Origin: Selaginella moellendorffii
Lineage: Eukaryota > Plantae > Lycopodiophyta
DNA length: 64,000 nucleotides
Assembly: GCF_000143415.4 (NCBI RefSeq)
Contig: NW_003314326.1
Location: forward strand, 496,001-560,000
Reading direction: 5' to 3'
Shown here: piece by piece, positions 1 to 12,569 of the stretch
Layout: every line of letters starts with the position of its first letter
Numbering within the stretch: position 1 is the stretch's first letter
Notes under the pieces: generated by a model
Database searches by the model: none
The model's input: only the letters and a program-made list of their open reading frames with translations
What the model was told of the DNA's origin: nothing
Position numbers and translations under genes: made by a program

Positions 1-391
1 TATCTTTGCATTAGACCACCAGTATACTAAAATTATGTTAGACTCCGTTTGGCTCCATTTTGCATATTGGTCCTAGCATTAGGATGCTGGAAACTCTAGG
101 ATTGTTCCAAGTCACTCTGTGCTCCTGTCCCTTTACTCATTGGGCTGAATGCTTAGGAGTTATTCCATGCTCCAGTTCCTTCACTCCTTAATTACAAGCT
201 TGGGAGTTTGGCTTTATTCCTTTGTTCAATGGCCAAAGGCCTTAAAACTAAAGTTCTACTCCACTGTTTTTGTATATGTGGCACGTGGCATATGGCATGT
301 GACATATGGCATATGGAGGGTTTAAATTCTACTTCATAGTTATTCTATGGTAAATTACATTAGGATAAAGGGTGAAAACCACATACGCTAC
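1..391 (+). mobile_element. Decayed 3' part of an LTR of the same family as the 12739-20027 element
   Basis: Ends ...ggataaagggtgaaaaccacatacgctaca, matching the LTR end ggataaagggtcaaaaccacgtgcgctaca at 13853-13882; same tggcatgtgaca repeats. Confidence 0.8.
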
Positions 392-1079
392 AGGATGCTC
401 CAGAATTACGATACACAATTAAATTACTTAGTATGAAAGTTTGGCATATCTAACTTAAACACTGTACTGCAAGTGGCATTAAAGATGTGGTGAATGAGAT
501 AGAGACACTCAATCTCGGTTGCTATGGACCCCTAGCCAGAAGGGTTAGCTTAGGTGCATTGCCAAATGTAAGGGATGCTTCTAGAATTATGATCAACAAC
601 TTAAAGGTCTGGCAAACTTAATACCTATTGGTAAATACGTTAAGGTATCAATGTGAGATCATTAAGTAATCCTATGGCTAAAGAAAAACAAACTCCTTAT
701 TAGGTCAAGGAATAAAGTTTTTAGTTTAGAGTGTTGATTTGAACTATTAGTAATAGTGTGACTTAGTCAAAGAGACCAAATGGGAAAGACACATAGGTGA
801 AATGAATTATGATATTACAATGGTATTATAAGTTCAATAAATTAGTCTTTAAAGAAAGACCTATGGGAAGGTCACAAGGTTGCACTATAGATAAAGCCTC
901 TAGTAGAAAATGATAAAGAGATTTATTAAAGATAAACACCCTCTAAATTTGGTAAAATAAAGCCTTTACTATGGAACCAAAAAAATACCTTAAGGATGGA
1001 GGTAATGATCCTATATTACTTAGTGTAATAATCAAAGGATAAAAGAAAAGGATTAGTGACCAAGAATGGGTTAAAGAAA

Positions 1080-2616
1080 TTATTGGAAGGAATCCAAATG
1101 ATAAATTATGTGAGGAACACCCATATAATGGATACTAATGGATTGTGAGAAAAGAAATATGTTATTAAGGATGGAATTTTTCAAATGCTTTAATGTGGTG
1201 AAGATGAAAGTTCTAAGAGATGGAACAACAAAGTAGCCAAATAATATAGATAGCCGTAATACAAATTATGGATGAATGAAAATTAATACCTATAGTGGCA
1301 CAAAATAAAAGAGAGGATGATGGTGCTTTTAAGTAAAAGACCTCTTAAGATATGAAAGTGGAGTTTGCGCAATATGTGCAATACAAGGTGTTAGAAATAC
1401 CGAGAAAATTGACTCATGAAATCAATATGAAAGTTCCAAAGTATGATAGTTATGTTGATAGAGGTTGAGACTACTTTGGAATAAATAGTAAAATTGAGAT
1501 AGAGAAGGTGTTTCTAAAGGGTTTAGCGAGAGGTAAACAAAAAAAAGAAGAAAACCACCATAAGTGATATTATGAGTCTCTAAGATGAAGAAACCATACT
1601 TCTTAGAGGATGGGAAAGGTATGGTGAGCCTTTGGTGGCAAACCTTTGACAAATATTAGTTTAGTGTCAAAGATGAAAATGGTAATCCATAATGGGGTTA
1701 TTTTATAAAAAGATTTATTGTTCAATGAGGATATTGAACTTCATCTATGGGTGGTGGAGTTGTAAGACATAAATTCTTAAGCCCCAAAGTAGAGCTGAAA
1801 CTATGTTATATGGTAGTGATTAAAATGGAAGTTTAACAAGTGTAAAACATTGAAACCAAAAGCTCTGACTTGGGAAGTTAAGAACAGGAGTGGAACTCCA
1901 AATGAAGTGCTTGAGAAATAAGAAACAATTGATGAATGAATCTCTAAAAAAGGACACAAAAAGGACTAACACATGATAAGTGTCATGACACATGGTAAAT
2001 GTCGTAACACTTGGAAGTGTCAAAACCAAGTCCGAAATAGAGTTCGAGATGGAGTTTGAGATAAAGTCTGAGATGGAGTCCGAGATGGAGTCCAAGAAGG
2101 AATACAAGATGGAGACCGAGACTAGGTCTGAGATCAAGGCTAAGATTGAGACTGAGACCGAAACTGAGACAAAGATCAAGTCCAAATCTGAGTTTAAGTC
2201 TGATTACTAATACAAGTCAAAAGGTGAAGGCCCAAAGTGATTGTCCCCCAAGGGGAGGGTGGGGCCTTGAAAGATTCTAAAAGTATAGTAAAGAGAATGT
2301 AAGGGTTGAATTCCAATGGAACCAATTTGTTCAAGAAAGGCTAGTGTGATCTAAAAAGGTTATACCCATATGATGGGTGATGATATAACTATTGAAGAAT
2401 CCAGGCTAAAGTGAACACAGACAAATAAATGAAGTAACTTAATAAAGTGTTTAAAAGCTCTAACTCCCTTAAAAGATCTAATGGTCAATTCTCCTAATCC
2501 AAGTGTAAATGGCATTATGTACTTGGATACCTAGTATGGCTCATTAGATTTTGTTTTAGCCACCTGGCTAGAGCATCCAAAAGCAGAAAGTGGGGGGAGT
2601 ACCTATGGAGGCTCAT
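1080..2616 (+). mobile_element. LTR retroelement remnant 'family B': 3' internal region, PPT and LTR starting 1761; LTR continues at 10294-10500
   Basis: Purine tract gggtggtggag before TGTAAGACA at 1761; (GAGTCC/GAGATG)-type hexamer array ~2030-2205; homologous to 7938-9680 (minus) and 55994-57130. Confidence 0.7.
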
Positions 2617-2772
2617 TGTAACACATATGATTATAAGATGAGATTTGAATGTATTATCATTGTGGATTTTTGGAACTTTAATGAATAAATAGGGATTAAA
2701 TAGCCACTAAAAGCTCTTTTATCAAACAATTGGCCATTTTTTAGTTAATTTAAAGGGAGAGATATAAAGTGT
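2617..2772 (+). mobile_element. Short (~160 bp) TRIM-type LTR, family T1 (5' LTR)
   Basis: TGTAACACATATGATTAT... homologous to 10136-10288, 11563-11723, 12052-12141 plus 20060-20124, and 57349-57510. Confidence 0.75.
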
Positions 2773-2802
2773 CTAGTAAACTAAGAAAAATTTTATTAGG
2801 TA

Positions 2803-3467
2803 TTATTGAAATTTATACGCAAGAACAAACTGACTAAGTTTGCTTGATGAGGTCCCTAAGCTGCTGAATGAGCTTGGGATTGTGACAGCATCATAAATGG
2901 GAGGATTTGATGCAAACACAGCTTTGGCTACCTGGGTGACACTGGGATTCTGGGAGTTGAATCCCGCAAGAGCAACAGCCAGTGTCTTCCCAACGTTGAG
3001 CTGGAAGTGAATGAGACCACGCGGAAACACAAAGAGATCCCCTGGATGCAAAGTTTGAGCGAAGAGTGTGTTGTTGGTGGTGCTCACGAATCCAACATAG
3101 AGAGTTCCTTGCTGGAGGAAGAGGAGCTCGGTTCCTCGGGGGTGGACGTGAGGGGGATTGACACCATATGGAGCATAATCAATCCTCGCAAAAGAGACTC
3201 CAAGAGTGTTGATTCCCGGGAATACGCCAACATTTGCATTGGTGACTATGGATCCGAGCTTGTTGTTGGTGTTCCCGGGTTCCTGAGTCCCTGGAACATG
3301 AAATCACTGGCTAGAGTTGCTGCAGCAGGCTTGCAAGTGAATCCATTGACGATGGTGCTGCTGTTTCCGTCGTGGACACAGAAATCCTGGAGGGCATCTT
3401 CATCTGATCCATGGACGAAAGCAATGGCACAAATGGCAACTAGACAAATGGCTAACTTGTAAGACAT
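2803..3467 (-). pseudogene. Germin-like protein (cupin), frameshifted
   Basis: Signal peptide + SDEDALQDFCV...NGFTCK. After a 1-nt deletion near 3272 the frame resumes as [30 protein letters not shown] (germin box) and [17 protein letters not shown]-terminus diverges after PPIYDAV. Confidence 0.85.
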
Positions 3468-3994
3468 GTTGTATCTTCACACAGATTTTGTGTTGTGATG
3501 CTACTTAATTGATGAAGAATTGAGTGAGGGGAAATGTGGAGGTTGCTGGAGTTTATGTAGTACTACAAATCTGACTTGGTCATTTTACTGGAACAGAGAA
3601 CACGTTAACCAGACTTGATCAGATGTTACATTCTATTTATCTTCCGAGGAAAGAACCAAGAAGTGGACAAAGAACTGTTCCATGAAAACGTTGTAAGGAT
3701 TGATTTGGGAGGGCATTCATATACAGGCTGTCCATTTGACAGCTGTGAGGCTCAACAAGTTGAACCACAAGTCACAGCCGTGAGAGTTTGATTCGTCCTA
3801 AATAGGGAAATGGTAGCGCCATGTGTCACTCAAGGACTTTCCGCCGCCTCTGGATCAGGTGAGTGATCAAGCCTCTATTGTTTCTGTGATCTTTTTCCTG
3901 CAGGAGTGTTACGATGTTCCCCAGGAATTATAAAAGGAGGCCTGAGCTTAGCTTGTGACTCACTGTGTGGATTTTGCTCTGTTTTGATTCTGAT

Positions 3995-4580
3995 CAATGG
4001 TGCCTGCGAAGTGGGAAGAAAAAGAAGAACAGTGTCCAGCATACACGCTCACGAAAAAGATAAGGACGAGGAGAGCGGAAAATAATCCAACATCTCCTCT
4101 CGAGACTGGGATGAGGACTAAACTCGAATTGATCAATCCATTTTCTTAGCACGATATTCGGCTGCACAGGTGGAAAAATCTGTACTGTGCTGCATCGTTT
4201 CTTCCGGCAAGTCGAGTGTCCCATGGCCAAATGCGCTGGTGGCGGTTTAAGCTCAGCGTGCCTTTCAGCGATGATCTCAGAACCTGGTTATTCGAGCTTG
4301 ATGTATATGGGAAGAGCACCATGGGACATCAGGTAGCGGGGTTAACTGGGAAAAGTACTCGCTTGAAGGCCAAATAATTAGAGTCTATTGTCAGCGATTT
4401 GTAAGCTTCTTGCAGAAGACCACAGTAAGTGGACGGCTGGAATGCCCGATCTTCTGCTGCGGAAGGAGCAGCTGGCCGAAGTCAAGGGTCCAGTGGTCGC
4501 TTGTCCGAGCAATAGGTGGCCTGGTTTCTTATTCTCTCGGACGCTAATTTTCCAGTGGAACTTTGCAAGGTCTCACATGT
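3995..4580 (+). pseudogene. FAN1: Fragment of Fanconi-associated nuclease 1 (VRR-NUC domain)
   Basis: WEEHHGT..GVNWEKYSLE, ICKLLAEDHSKWTAGMPDLLL..LAEVKGP, then frameshifted GRLSEQ*VAWFLILSDANFPVELCKV; matches the plant FAN1 C-terminal PD-(D/E)xK motif. Confidence 0.75.
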
Positions 4581-5247
4581 GGTGTCACTTGTGGACATTA
4601 ACTTCTTTTGATTGAATCTTTTTCTATACTTCGGCGAGACGCACGCGCAGAGGTATTTAGAACACTTCTTTGACTTGTATGTGAATTCTTTCCTTCAGGC
4701 TTTGAACTTCTGAGGTCAAGACATGACAACGAGAAGCTTCTACAGAAGGCCCTTTTGCAACACCAACCAAGAATCGAACCACGTCCGCTTCAAGCTCCTG
4801 GTTTGCATGAGTTACCTTTCCAAGATGCTTTTAGACAGGGATAGTGATAGAGACGAGAAGTTGCAACCCCGCGGCAGAGCAGATACCAGGCTTACATTTA
4901 TGACTTCAAGTCCATCATAACAGGCTGCGTCCAGTCTCCGGACAGTGATCAAGAACAGCCCGACCAGGAAGTCTTTAGCGTGCTCAGCGACTGCGCCAGA
5001 GAGAGCAGTAGCCACCAGCAACTCGGCACAGGTTTACTTTATGGGCCATGACTTCCACACTTCTCGGTCGTGCATCCGGGCCTTGAACTCGCCAGACATA
5101 AAAGCTATGGCTGCTAAGTTTATGAGAACTTGGATCAATTACGCTGGTTTTATATCAAAGTCGTTAGTGCCACCCGTGAACATATTGACTTGCCATGAAC
5201 TCCCTAAGAAGTTTCTTACTTATTTCGAAATATTATGGATCTTTAGC

Positions 5248-6044
5248 TTAAGCACAACCAAGGTTTTCACCTGGTGAAACACCCAACTGTGAGCAGAAGT
5301 CCCTGTAATAATTGATACGGTTTTGTGCTGGTTGTGTCTCACTGCCCATGCCACACTCTCGCACTCCATTGATGGCTCGAATTGTAGCTCCAAATCCTTG
5401 ATTCTGTGTTATTGCGGTGTGGCAATTCGAGTTTTGCATCCAAAACCACACTGATGCCCTCCATGCAAGTAAGCCATTCTGAGCAACTTGGTCTGGGTTC
5501 TGGAGAAGGTTCATATTGAAAGCCCTTCCCGCGGCATCATAGTTGTAATTCCTGCAGATGAAATTTTGGATTTGTACTGCATACGTTTTTCATTTCTAAC
5601 TTACCAAGTGAGCTGCAGAGGACCTCTTCCATAATAAGCCATAGCGCCTGCCGGACATGAAACTCCACCTCTAGTGTCACAATAGACGTTGTTTTGGTTG
5701 ATCTCTCGAATGAATTGCAGTGCTACAATCAAGTAGAAAAACTTCAAGACATTAGTGAGAAATGGATTTTGCTATGTAAAATTACTTCCAGTCTCCTGCT
5801 TCACATTTGCAAAGTACGCAGCCAGTTCCCTCCTTTGAACATCAAGACTCCCTGTGCTTCCAAAAGCAGGAAAGCCATTTGCTGCAGCAATGAAATCACT
5901 ATAGGTATAGAAAGGATTGGCAACGTTGGATGGGAAGAACTGCCTAAACACAGACTCGGTTATGATGCTAGATGGGTTTGCTAGTGTGGGGGAGGGAGAT
6001 CCAATGCAAAGTATAAAAGATATGATGATTGCTGCAAATGCCAT
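5248..6044 (-). CDS. Secreted GH19 chitinase, no chitin-binding domain, loopless type; exons 6044-5786, 5722-5605, 5551-5248 (226 aa)
   Basis: GT-AG introns join in frame: FYTYSDFIAAANGFPAFG, ELAAYFANVKQETG-TLQFIRE, YYGRGPLQLTWNYNY, WRASVWFWM, FGATIRAING.REC, NRINYYRDFCSQLGVSPGENLGC. Confidence 0.93.
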
Positions 6045-7145
6045 GGCTGCTAAAGTTTATGAGAACTTGAATGAATTTGGGTTGGTTTTATGCTCTTGAA
6101 GCCACCCGTGAACATATTGACTAAAATGCCGTGTTGATGGAAACTTCCTAAGATGGAAGGAGTCTTTTATTGACTTTTCAAAATACTTTTGATTGAGGTT
6201 ATGATCTTCTGTTTAAAGATATAATATCTAAAGTTTGAACAGTTTCACAATACATTTTTATATCTAGAAATAAAATACCAATTTATACAGTTATCAATCT
6301 TAGTAAATAGAAATTCAATTTTTTTTTAATTAACAAATTTTTAAAAAGGAATTTCTTGCATGATTTTTAGCTAGAATAAGCTTGGACATTCAAAGATATT
6401 TTATCATCTACTGGTTGCTAGTTATTTAGATTAATATTATATTTATAGTTTATAAATATATTATGATATCTTTATATTTACTAAGAAAGTATATTCATCA
6501 TGACATAAATTACTATACACATATAAGGGATTATTATGAATCTATACTAAAATTAAGTTTCTAGATTAAGTCATGAATTTATACTAAAATTAGATTTCTA
6601 TATTAGCTAGAGGTTGGATCAAAGCCTTTATAAAAATAGAGTTTTGATAATTTTGTATTAGAGTGTTTAACATAAGTTTATATTTTCTTTTCCATTTTTT
6701 AATATTTTATTAATAGTTTAATCTCTCCCTTCCTCTCAATAGCAATTTTTTAATAGTTTAAACATTTTGAAATCAATGATTTTCTCAAATTTGTTTTTTC
6801 AGCTCTAGTTAAATCAGAATACTCTATAGAAGTCATACCAAGCATTAAGAGCAATCCAATACTATACTTAATTTGCAGCTCTACTAAATTATCAACACCA
6901 ATTGATTTAAAACCAAAATTTGGTATGCCAATAAAGTTTGATGCACATGGTCCAAATTTCATAACTTCCTTAGCCAAGTCAGATTTCAAAGTGCCATGCA
7001 ACCTAATTGATATTCCATAACATAAAATCATTTTTATTTTCTATTATTTTAATATTTTAATAGTATTTTCATTGTTTTAATATAGAATTATTCAAATAGT
7101 TCATTGTGAAGTATAATATATTAAATCCAAATTTAGAACTCTCAC

Positions 7146-7935
7146 TGTGAGTGTATGGAATATGGAAAGGGAATATAGAAAATGTGTACAATAATTAACC
7201 CAAAAACCCTAGCTTATATACAGGAGTGAATAGTTTGGATAAAAACTAATTTGATGGCTACTAAAATCCCATTATGCTAGTATTAATATATGGCATTGTA
7301 GCCATACACTTGGACCTCATATCATCCCCTCTTGGAATAACGGAAGACCATCAAGGTTCTCTCGTAGATGGGCTAGGATCTAAAGGAACGTCAGGAGGAG
7401 GTATCAGCAGATCTATAGGTGGTATTAGTTATTCTTGATCCTTTTTGTATGAAGCGTTTCAACTGCTGCATATGTACAATTTCTAGAAGATTAGCTTGCT
7501 GGATGTCATGCCAAACCTCATAAACTTGTGGTCCAACTTGCCACAACACTCGATATGGTCCTTTCCACTAAGCAAGAAGCCCCTTACATAAACCACGTAT
7601 TGTAAGATGGGGAAAATAGACTAACACCAAGTCATCCACTTTGTACTCCATAGGTGGACAATGATGGGAGTTGTAATGCCATTGTTGTCCCACTTGTATG
7701 CAGCCTAAATGTTCAGTAGACTCTGCTCAGACAAGTGGAAGAACGCTCATCAAATACTGATTCCACGACTTAGCATTAGAAACTCATGGCAATCGCAAAG
7801 GTAAACCCAGCTCCGTTGGTAATATTAGATCATGACCATATAGGAGTTTATATAGTGAAGCATTAATAGAGCTCTGCACTCCTAACACATATGCATACTT
7901 AAGAGACGGCAAATAACCATCCTAATATGGGGAAC
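7146..7935 (-). mobile_element. Ty3/gypsy 3' end remnant: short LTR 7146-7319, PPT, decayed integrase C-terminus
   Basis: Minus strand GLLA*WKGPYRV (GPY/F motif), PPT aagaggggatga; LTR resembles 25590-25776. Confidence 0.65.
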
Positions 7936-7937
7936 AA

Positions 7938-9680
7938 CCTTCTCTAATATCCCTTTTTCAGTCCTCACTAAGTCCCTTTTTGTCCATGACCATGTTTAAT
8001 AGGACTTCCTCAACATGTGACTGTATCCTTGGTCACTACACCAGAGGATTGCTCCTGTTTCTTTCCATAGTCTGGGACATTGGGATAACATTTCGAAACA
8101 CTGTAGCCTTGTGTGAACCTACTTTCCCCACCTTCTGCCTTTGGGTGCTCTAGCCATGGGGCTAGAGCGAGATTTCGTTGAGCCACACCAAATATCCAAG
8201 TAGGTAGTGCCACCCATGCTTGGACTGGGAACATTGACCATTTGATTTCCCGGGGGAGCTAAATCCAACTCTTTAACACTTCACCAAGCTACCCCGCTTG
8301 TTTGTTTGTATTCACTTTACCTTTGGACTCTTCAATAAAGATATCATCACCCAACACATGGGCATAGCCTTCCTAGGTCACACTAGCCTTTCCTGACTAA
8401 ATTAGCTCTATTGGGGCCTAACCCCCACACTCTCCCTAGTATACTTTTAGAACCCCTTGCAGCCCCCTTCTAGAGGACGATCGCTTTGGGCTTTCACCCA
8501 ACAACCTGTATTAGTATTTGGACTCAGAGTTGGATTCGAACTCAGACTTGAATTCAGACGCAGACTTGGACTCGGTCTCGGTCTCAGACTCCATCTTGGG
8601 TCCATCTTGGACTCCATCTCAGGCCCATCCTAAACTCCATCTTGGACTCCATCTCAGGTCCATCTTGGATTCCATTTTGGACTCTATCTCGGGTCCATCT
8701 CGGACTTCATCTTGGGTCCACCTTGGACTCTTTCTCAGACTCTATTTTGAACTCCTTCTTGGACACTTTCATATATCATGCGTTGGTCCTCTTGTGTCCC
8801 TTTTTTAGAGATTTACTTATTGTTCGCTTCATGCTTGTTCCTCAAGCACTTCGTTGGGAGTTCCACTCCCGCTATTGACCTTCAAGTCAGAGTTTTTAGT
8901 CCAAACGTGTTACGCTCGTTTGGCTTTTGCTTTGGCCACCACCACATGGTGCCCTTTCGGCTCCACTTTGGGGCTTAGGGATTTGTATCTCACAACCCCA
9001 CCACCTATAGACGAAGTTCAATATCCTTATCAAACGATAAACTATTCTATAAAGTAATACTAGTATGTATTACCCTTTCCATCTTTGGCATCTAGCCAAT
9101 ATTCGTCAATAGTTTGACATCGAAGGCTCACCATGTCTTGTCCATCCTCTAAGGAGCATAAACTCTCTAACTTAAAGACTCATTTGACCATTTGTGGTGG
9201 TTCTTTCCTTGTATTAGTTTAGTTCTCTCTAAACCTATTAAAGACACCTTCTCTATCTCAATTCCACTACTCATTCTCGAGTAGTTTTAGTTCCTATTGA
9301 TATAACCTTTGCATTTTGGAACTTTTAATTTTGACTTCGCGGAGTCAATTTCTTGGGTGTCTCTGACATTTTGCATTGCACATTTTGTGCAACTCCACTT
9401 CCCCATCCTAGGAAGTTCTCTACTCGAGGGCACCATCATCCTCTTTTCTATTTTGTGCCACCTTTGGCATTAAGTTCCAGTTATCATAATTTATGTTAGG
9501 GCTGTCCACAGCTCTATCATTTGGCTACTGCTCCCTCCCTTAGAGTTTCCACCTTCGCCAAATCAAAGCAATTGAGAATCCATCATTGGAAACACATTGC
9601 CTTCCCACAATCCATTAAAATCCAACACATTAGTGTTCATAGCCTAACTTTGCCATTTGGGTTCTATCCCATAATTCATA
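7938..9680 (-). mobile_element. Family B LTR retroelement remnant, inverted relative to the 1080-2616 copy
   Basis: Reverse complement of 1080-2600 including the PPT/LTR junction at ~8994 and the hexamer array 8520-8765. Confidence 0.75.
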
Positions 9681-9681
9681 T

Positions 9682-10288
9682 GCTATATGTGATATCAAAA
9701 TAAATGACATAGGTTCAATTGCCATTGATTAATGGCTACTTAAAATATATACCCTTGAGTAAAGTATATTCTTACCCCTAAATTTGAAATCATATGTATT
9801 AAGCATCCATGAGTACGTCCTTCATCTTATAGAGCACCTATGGATGAAGGTATCCACCCGAGACTACAGTACAAGTGGATGATTAGTTGTCTCACATGGA
9901 ATAACTAATCTACACAATGTAAGAATTGGTAAATTCAGTGCAGAAATAAAAGTGTTAGTTTCCCTTAGTTCAATAATGGTTGTTAGTCAGTAATTAATAA
10001 AGACAATAGCTAGTTTACATAATGAAATGATTGGTAAATTTAGTGCGGAAATAGAAGTGTTAGGTCCTCTTGACTTAATAATAGTTGTTAATCAGTAGTC
10101 AATAAAGACTTTGACATTTCTAAAGGGGGGGTGAGTGTAGCACATATGATTATAAAATGAGATTTAGATATACTATCACCATAGATCTTTAAAACTTTGG
10201 GGGATAAATAGGGATAAAATAACTATTAAAAGCTTTTTCATCAAGTAATTACACCTTTTCCAATTGGCTTAAGAGGGGGTGCACTACA
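9682..10288 (+). mobile_element. TRIM T1: LTR end + decayed Met-PBS, non-coding internal domain, PPT and 3' LTR (10136-10288)
   Basis: gctata-tgtgatatcaaa (PBS-like); internal region homologous to 11730-12050 with one ~90 bp tandem duplication; aaagggggggtgag precedes TGTAGCAC. Confidence 0.7.
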
Positions 10289-10699
10289 CTCATATAGGGC
10301 CACAATGTTTCAAAATGTCGTCCAAAGCCTTGGATTGTGAAAAAGAAAAAAACAATCCTCTTGTATTATGGTGAGGAACTCGTAAAGCCAATAGGACTTA
10401 GTGATCGAGCCTTTAGGCCTTGACGTAGTGGTGGTATTAGTGAGCATTGTCATGGATAGAAAGGGACTTAATAGGGACCAAAAAAGGGATATTTGGAGTG
10501 GGGATAACTATAATTTTTAAGATGGGGAATGATTTTCTTTGAAGCCATTCCTATATTGAAGATTCCAACTTTCCAAGAAGCTTAAGGAAAAAAAAATATA
10601 ATGACTATAATTTTTCTTAGTAGTTTATATACTAAGTTTTAGTTTTGAGAATGAAGTTTATTTTTTATTTTTTATTTATTACTAGTCATTCCAATACTC

Positions 10700-11555
10700 C
10701 AAATTCTTGAAATATTAGTCTTGAAAATGAGACTTCACAATCATAGCTTATGAATAGACAAACTTCTAGAATTTTAAACAACTCCCATAAACTCCCATAA
10801 GCTCCTAGTGGGGATTCACAAATAAACTCCTAGTAGGGATTCACCACAAGAATATGCCTTGCTCTTCTTATATGGGAGGATTGTGAAATAGAATTTTTCA
10901 TATGAATTAATATATAAATTACAAATACCATAGAAAGTTTTATAAAGTAGATTTATTAGTGCCTTTTGCCATATTGTTCATTTCTTCATTTTTGTTACTC
11001 TAAACTATTATTTTGGACATACTAAGAGCAATTTTATCAATAGTGATAATGGTTATCACATTCCTGATAGGTAATAAAAACTAGGACCAAGGTTCTGAAA
11101 CTATGATTTAGATACAAAATCAAAGTCACTTGGTTTGAAGTGAAGAAAGTCAGCAAACCAACATGCATGACTTTATGTCAAGGTCTTTTATAAAGTTAAG
11201 AATAAATAAAAGATACTATAGAATATTTTTCATTACTTTTGTATTCATATGTATGAACATATAGGGATGAATTCTTCTTGCCCTTCTCTTCTTACTCACT
11301 CATCAAAAAGATTGTCCTATATTAAAAACAAGCCAAAGTTGCCTCACCATCAAATGCTCTTGTTGAGCTCCACTTCCTCTCTCAATCAAGCATAGAAAGA
11401 AGCTTGAAGTGGTAATCATGCAATCTCAGCATCCCTAGTCCTACCCACAATACTAATTGATGTGTTGTGTGTGCTATACCAAGGTGTCAATAGCAAGTAC
11501 TCTAGTATATTCATAATTATAGCTTATGAATAGAAGAACTTCTAGAATTTTAAAT
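10700..11555. repeat. AT-rich dispersed repeat (second copy split: 20380-20582 direct, 23360-23869 inverted); possibly decayed DNA transposon
   Basis: Direct homology by eye. Minus-strand DCEVSFSRL weakly resembles the hAT dimerisation motif CERSFS. Confidence 0.55.
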
Positions 11556-12569
11556 TATCATTTATACATACATGTAATCATAGGATGAGATTTATATATA
11601 CTATCACCATAGATTTTTAGAACTTTAGGGGATAAGTGGGGATAAAATAGCCATTAAAGGCTCTCTCATTTAGCAATTGCCCCTTTTCCAATTAGTTTAA
11701 GAGGAGAGAGATAGGGTGCATTATATATGGTATGTGGTATTGATTAGTGGCTACTTAAAAATATAATATACCCTTGAGCAAAGTATATTCCTACCCCTAA
11801 ATTTGAGATCATATATATTAGGCCACCATGCATATATCCTTTCTTTTGTGGAGCATTCATGGATGAAAGTATCCACCGTGTGAATATGGTATAGGTGGAT
11901 GATTAGTTACCTTATATGGAATGGCTAATCTATATAATAGAAGGATTAGTAAATTTAGTGTGGAAATGAAGGTATTGGTTCCTCTTAGCTCAGTAGGGGT
12001 TATTAGTAAATAGTCAAAAAGGACGTTGATATCTTTAGAGAGGAAGGTGAGTGTAACATATATGATCATAGGATGAGATTTAGATATACTTTCACCGTGG
12101 ATCTTTAAAACTTTGGGGGATGAGTGAGGATAAAATAGCTATTTCTAGAGTTGTTTCCTTGCCAGTGATCTAGACTGGAGTATACATCGATGAGGATGTC
12201 AATCTTCCCTAAGGAGGGGAGAGTGTTGCAAATATAACTTTGGGTTAACTACCTTTTTATAATAGTCTATTTAAACCTTACTGATAGGTTTGGTTTTTTT
12301 GCTCATGAGGGTTGGGGCCTCTAGCTTTTCTCTCTATATCCTTGCAAACAATGTTTCATTGGATTAACATAAGACCATGATATGTGAATAACTCCAGTGA
12401 AAATCTTTGACAAGGATAATCAACTATCCTAGATGATAGTCAATCATCGTTAATGATTGCTAGATGCAAAAGCCTACTTGAAAACTTTAAATTATGCCTC
12501 CTCTTTGTCATTTTCTTAGAACTATAAGAAATATTAATCATTTTGATAAGAATTTCAATAAAGGGCTTT

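Noticed and set aside
1820-2210. Ser/Asp/Glu-rich ORFs (also 8518-8878 and 56132-56587)
   Set aside because: Translations of a hexamer tandem array inside family-B LTRs; open on both strands
6750-7031. 93-aa ORF in AT-rich DNA
   Set aside because: No recognisable motif; probably TE debris
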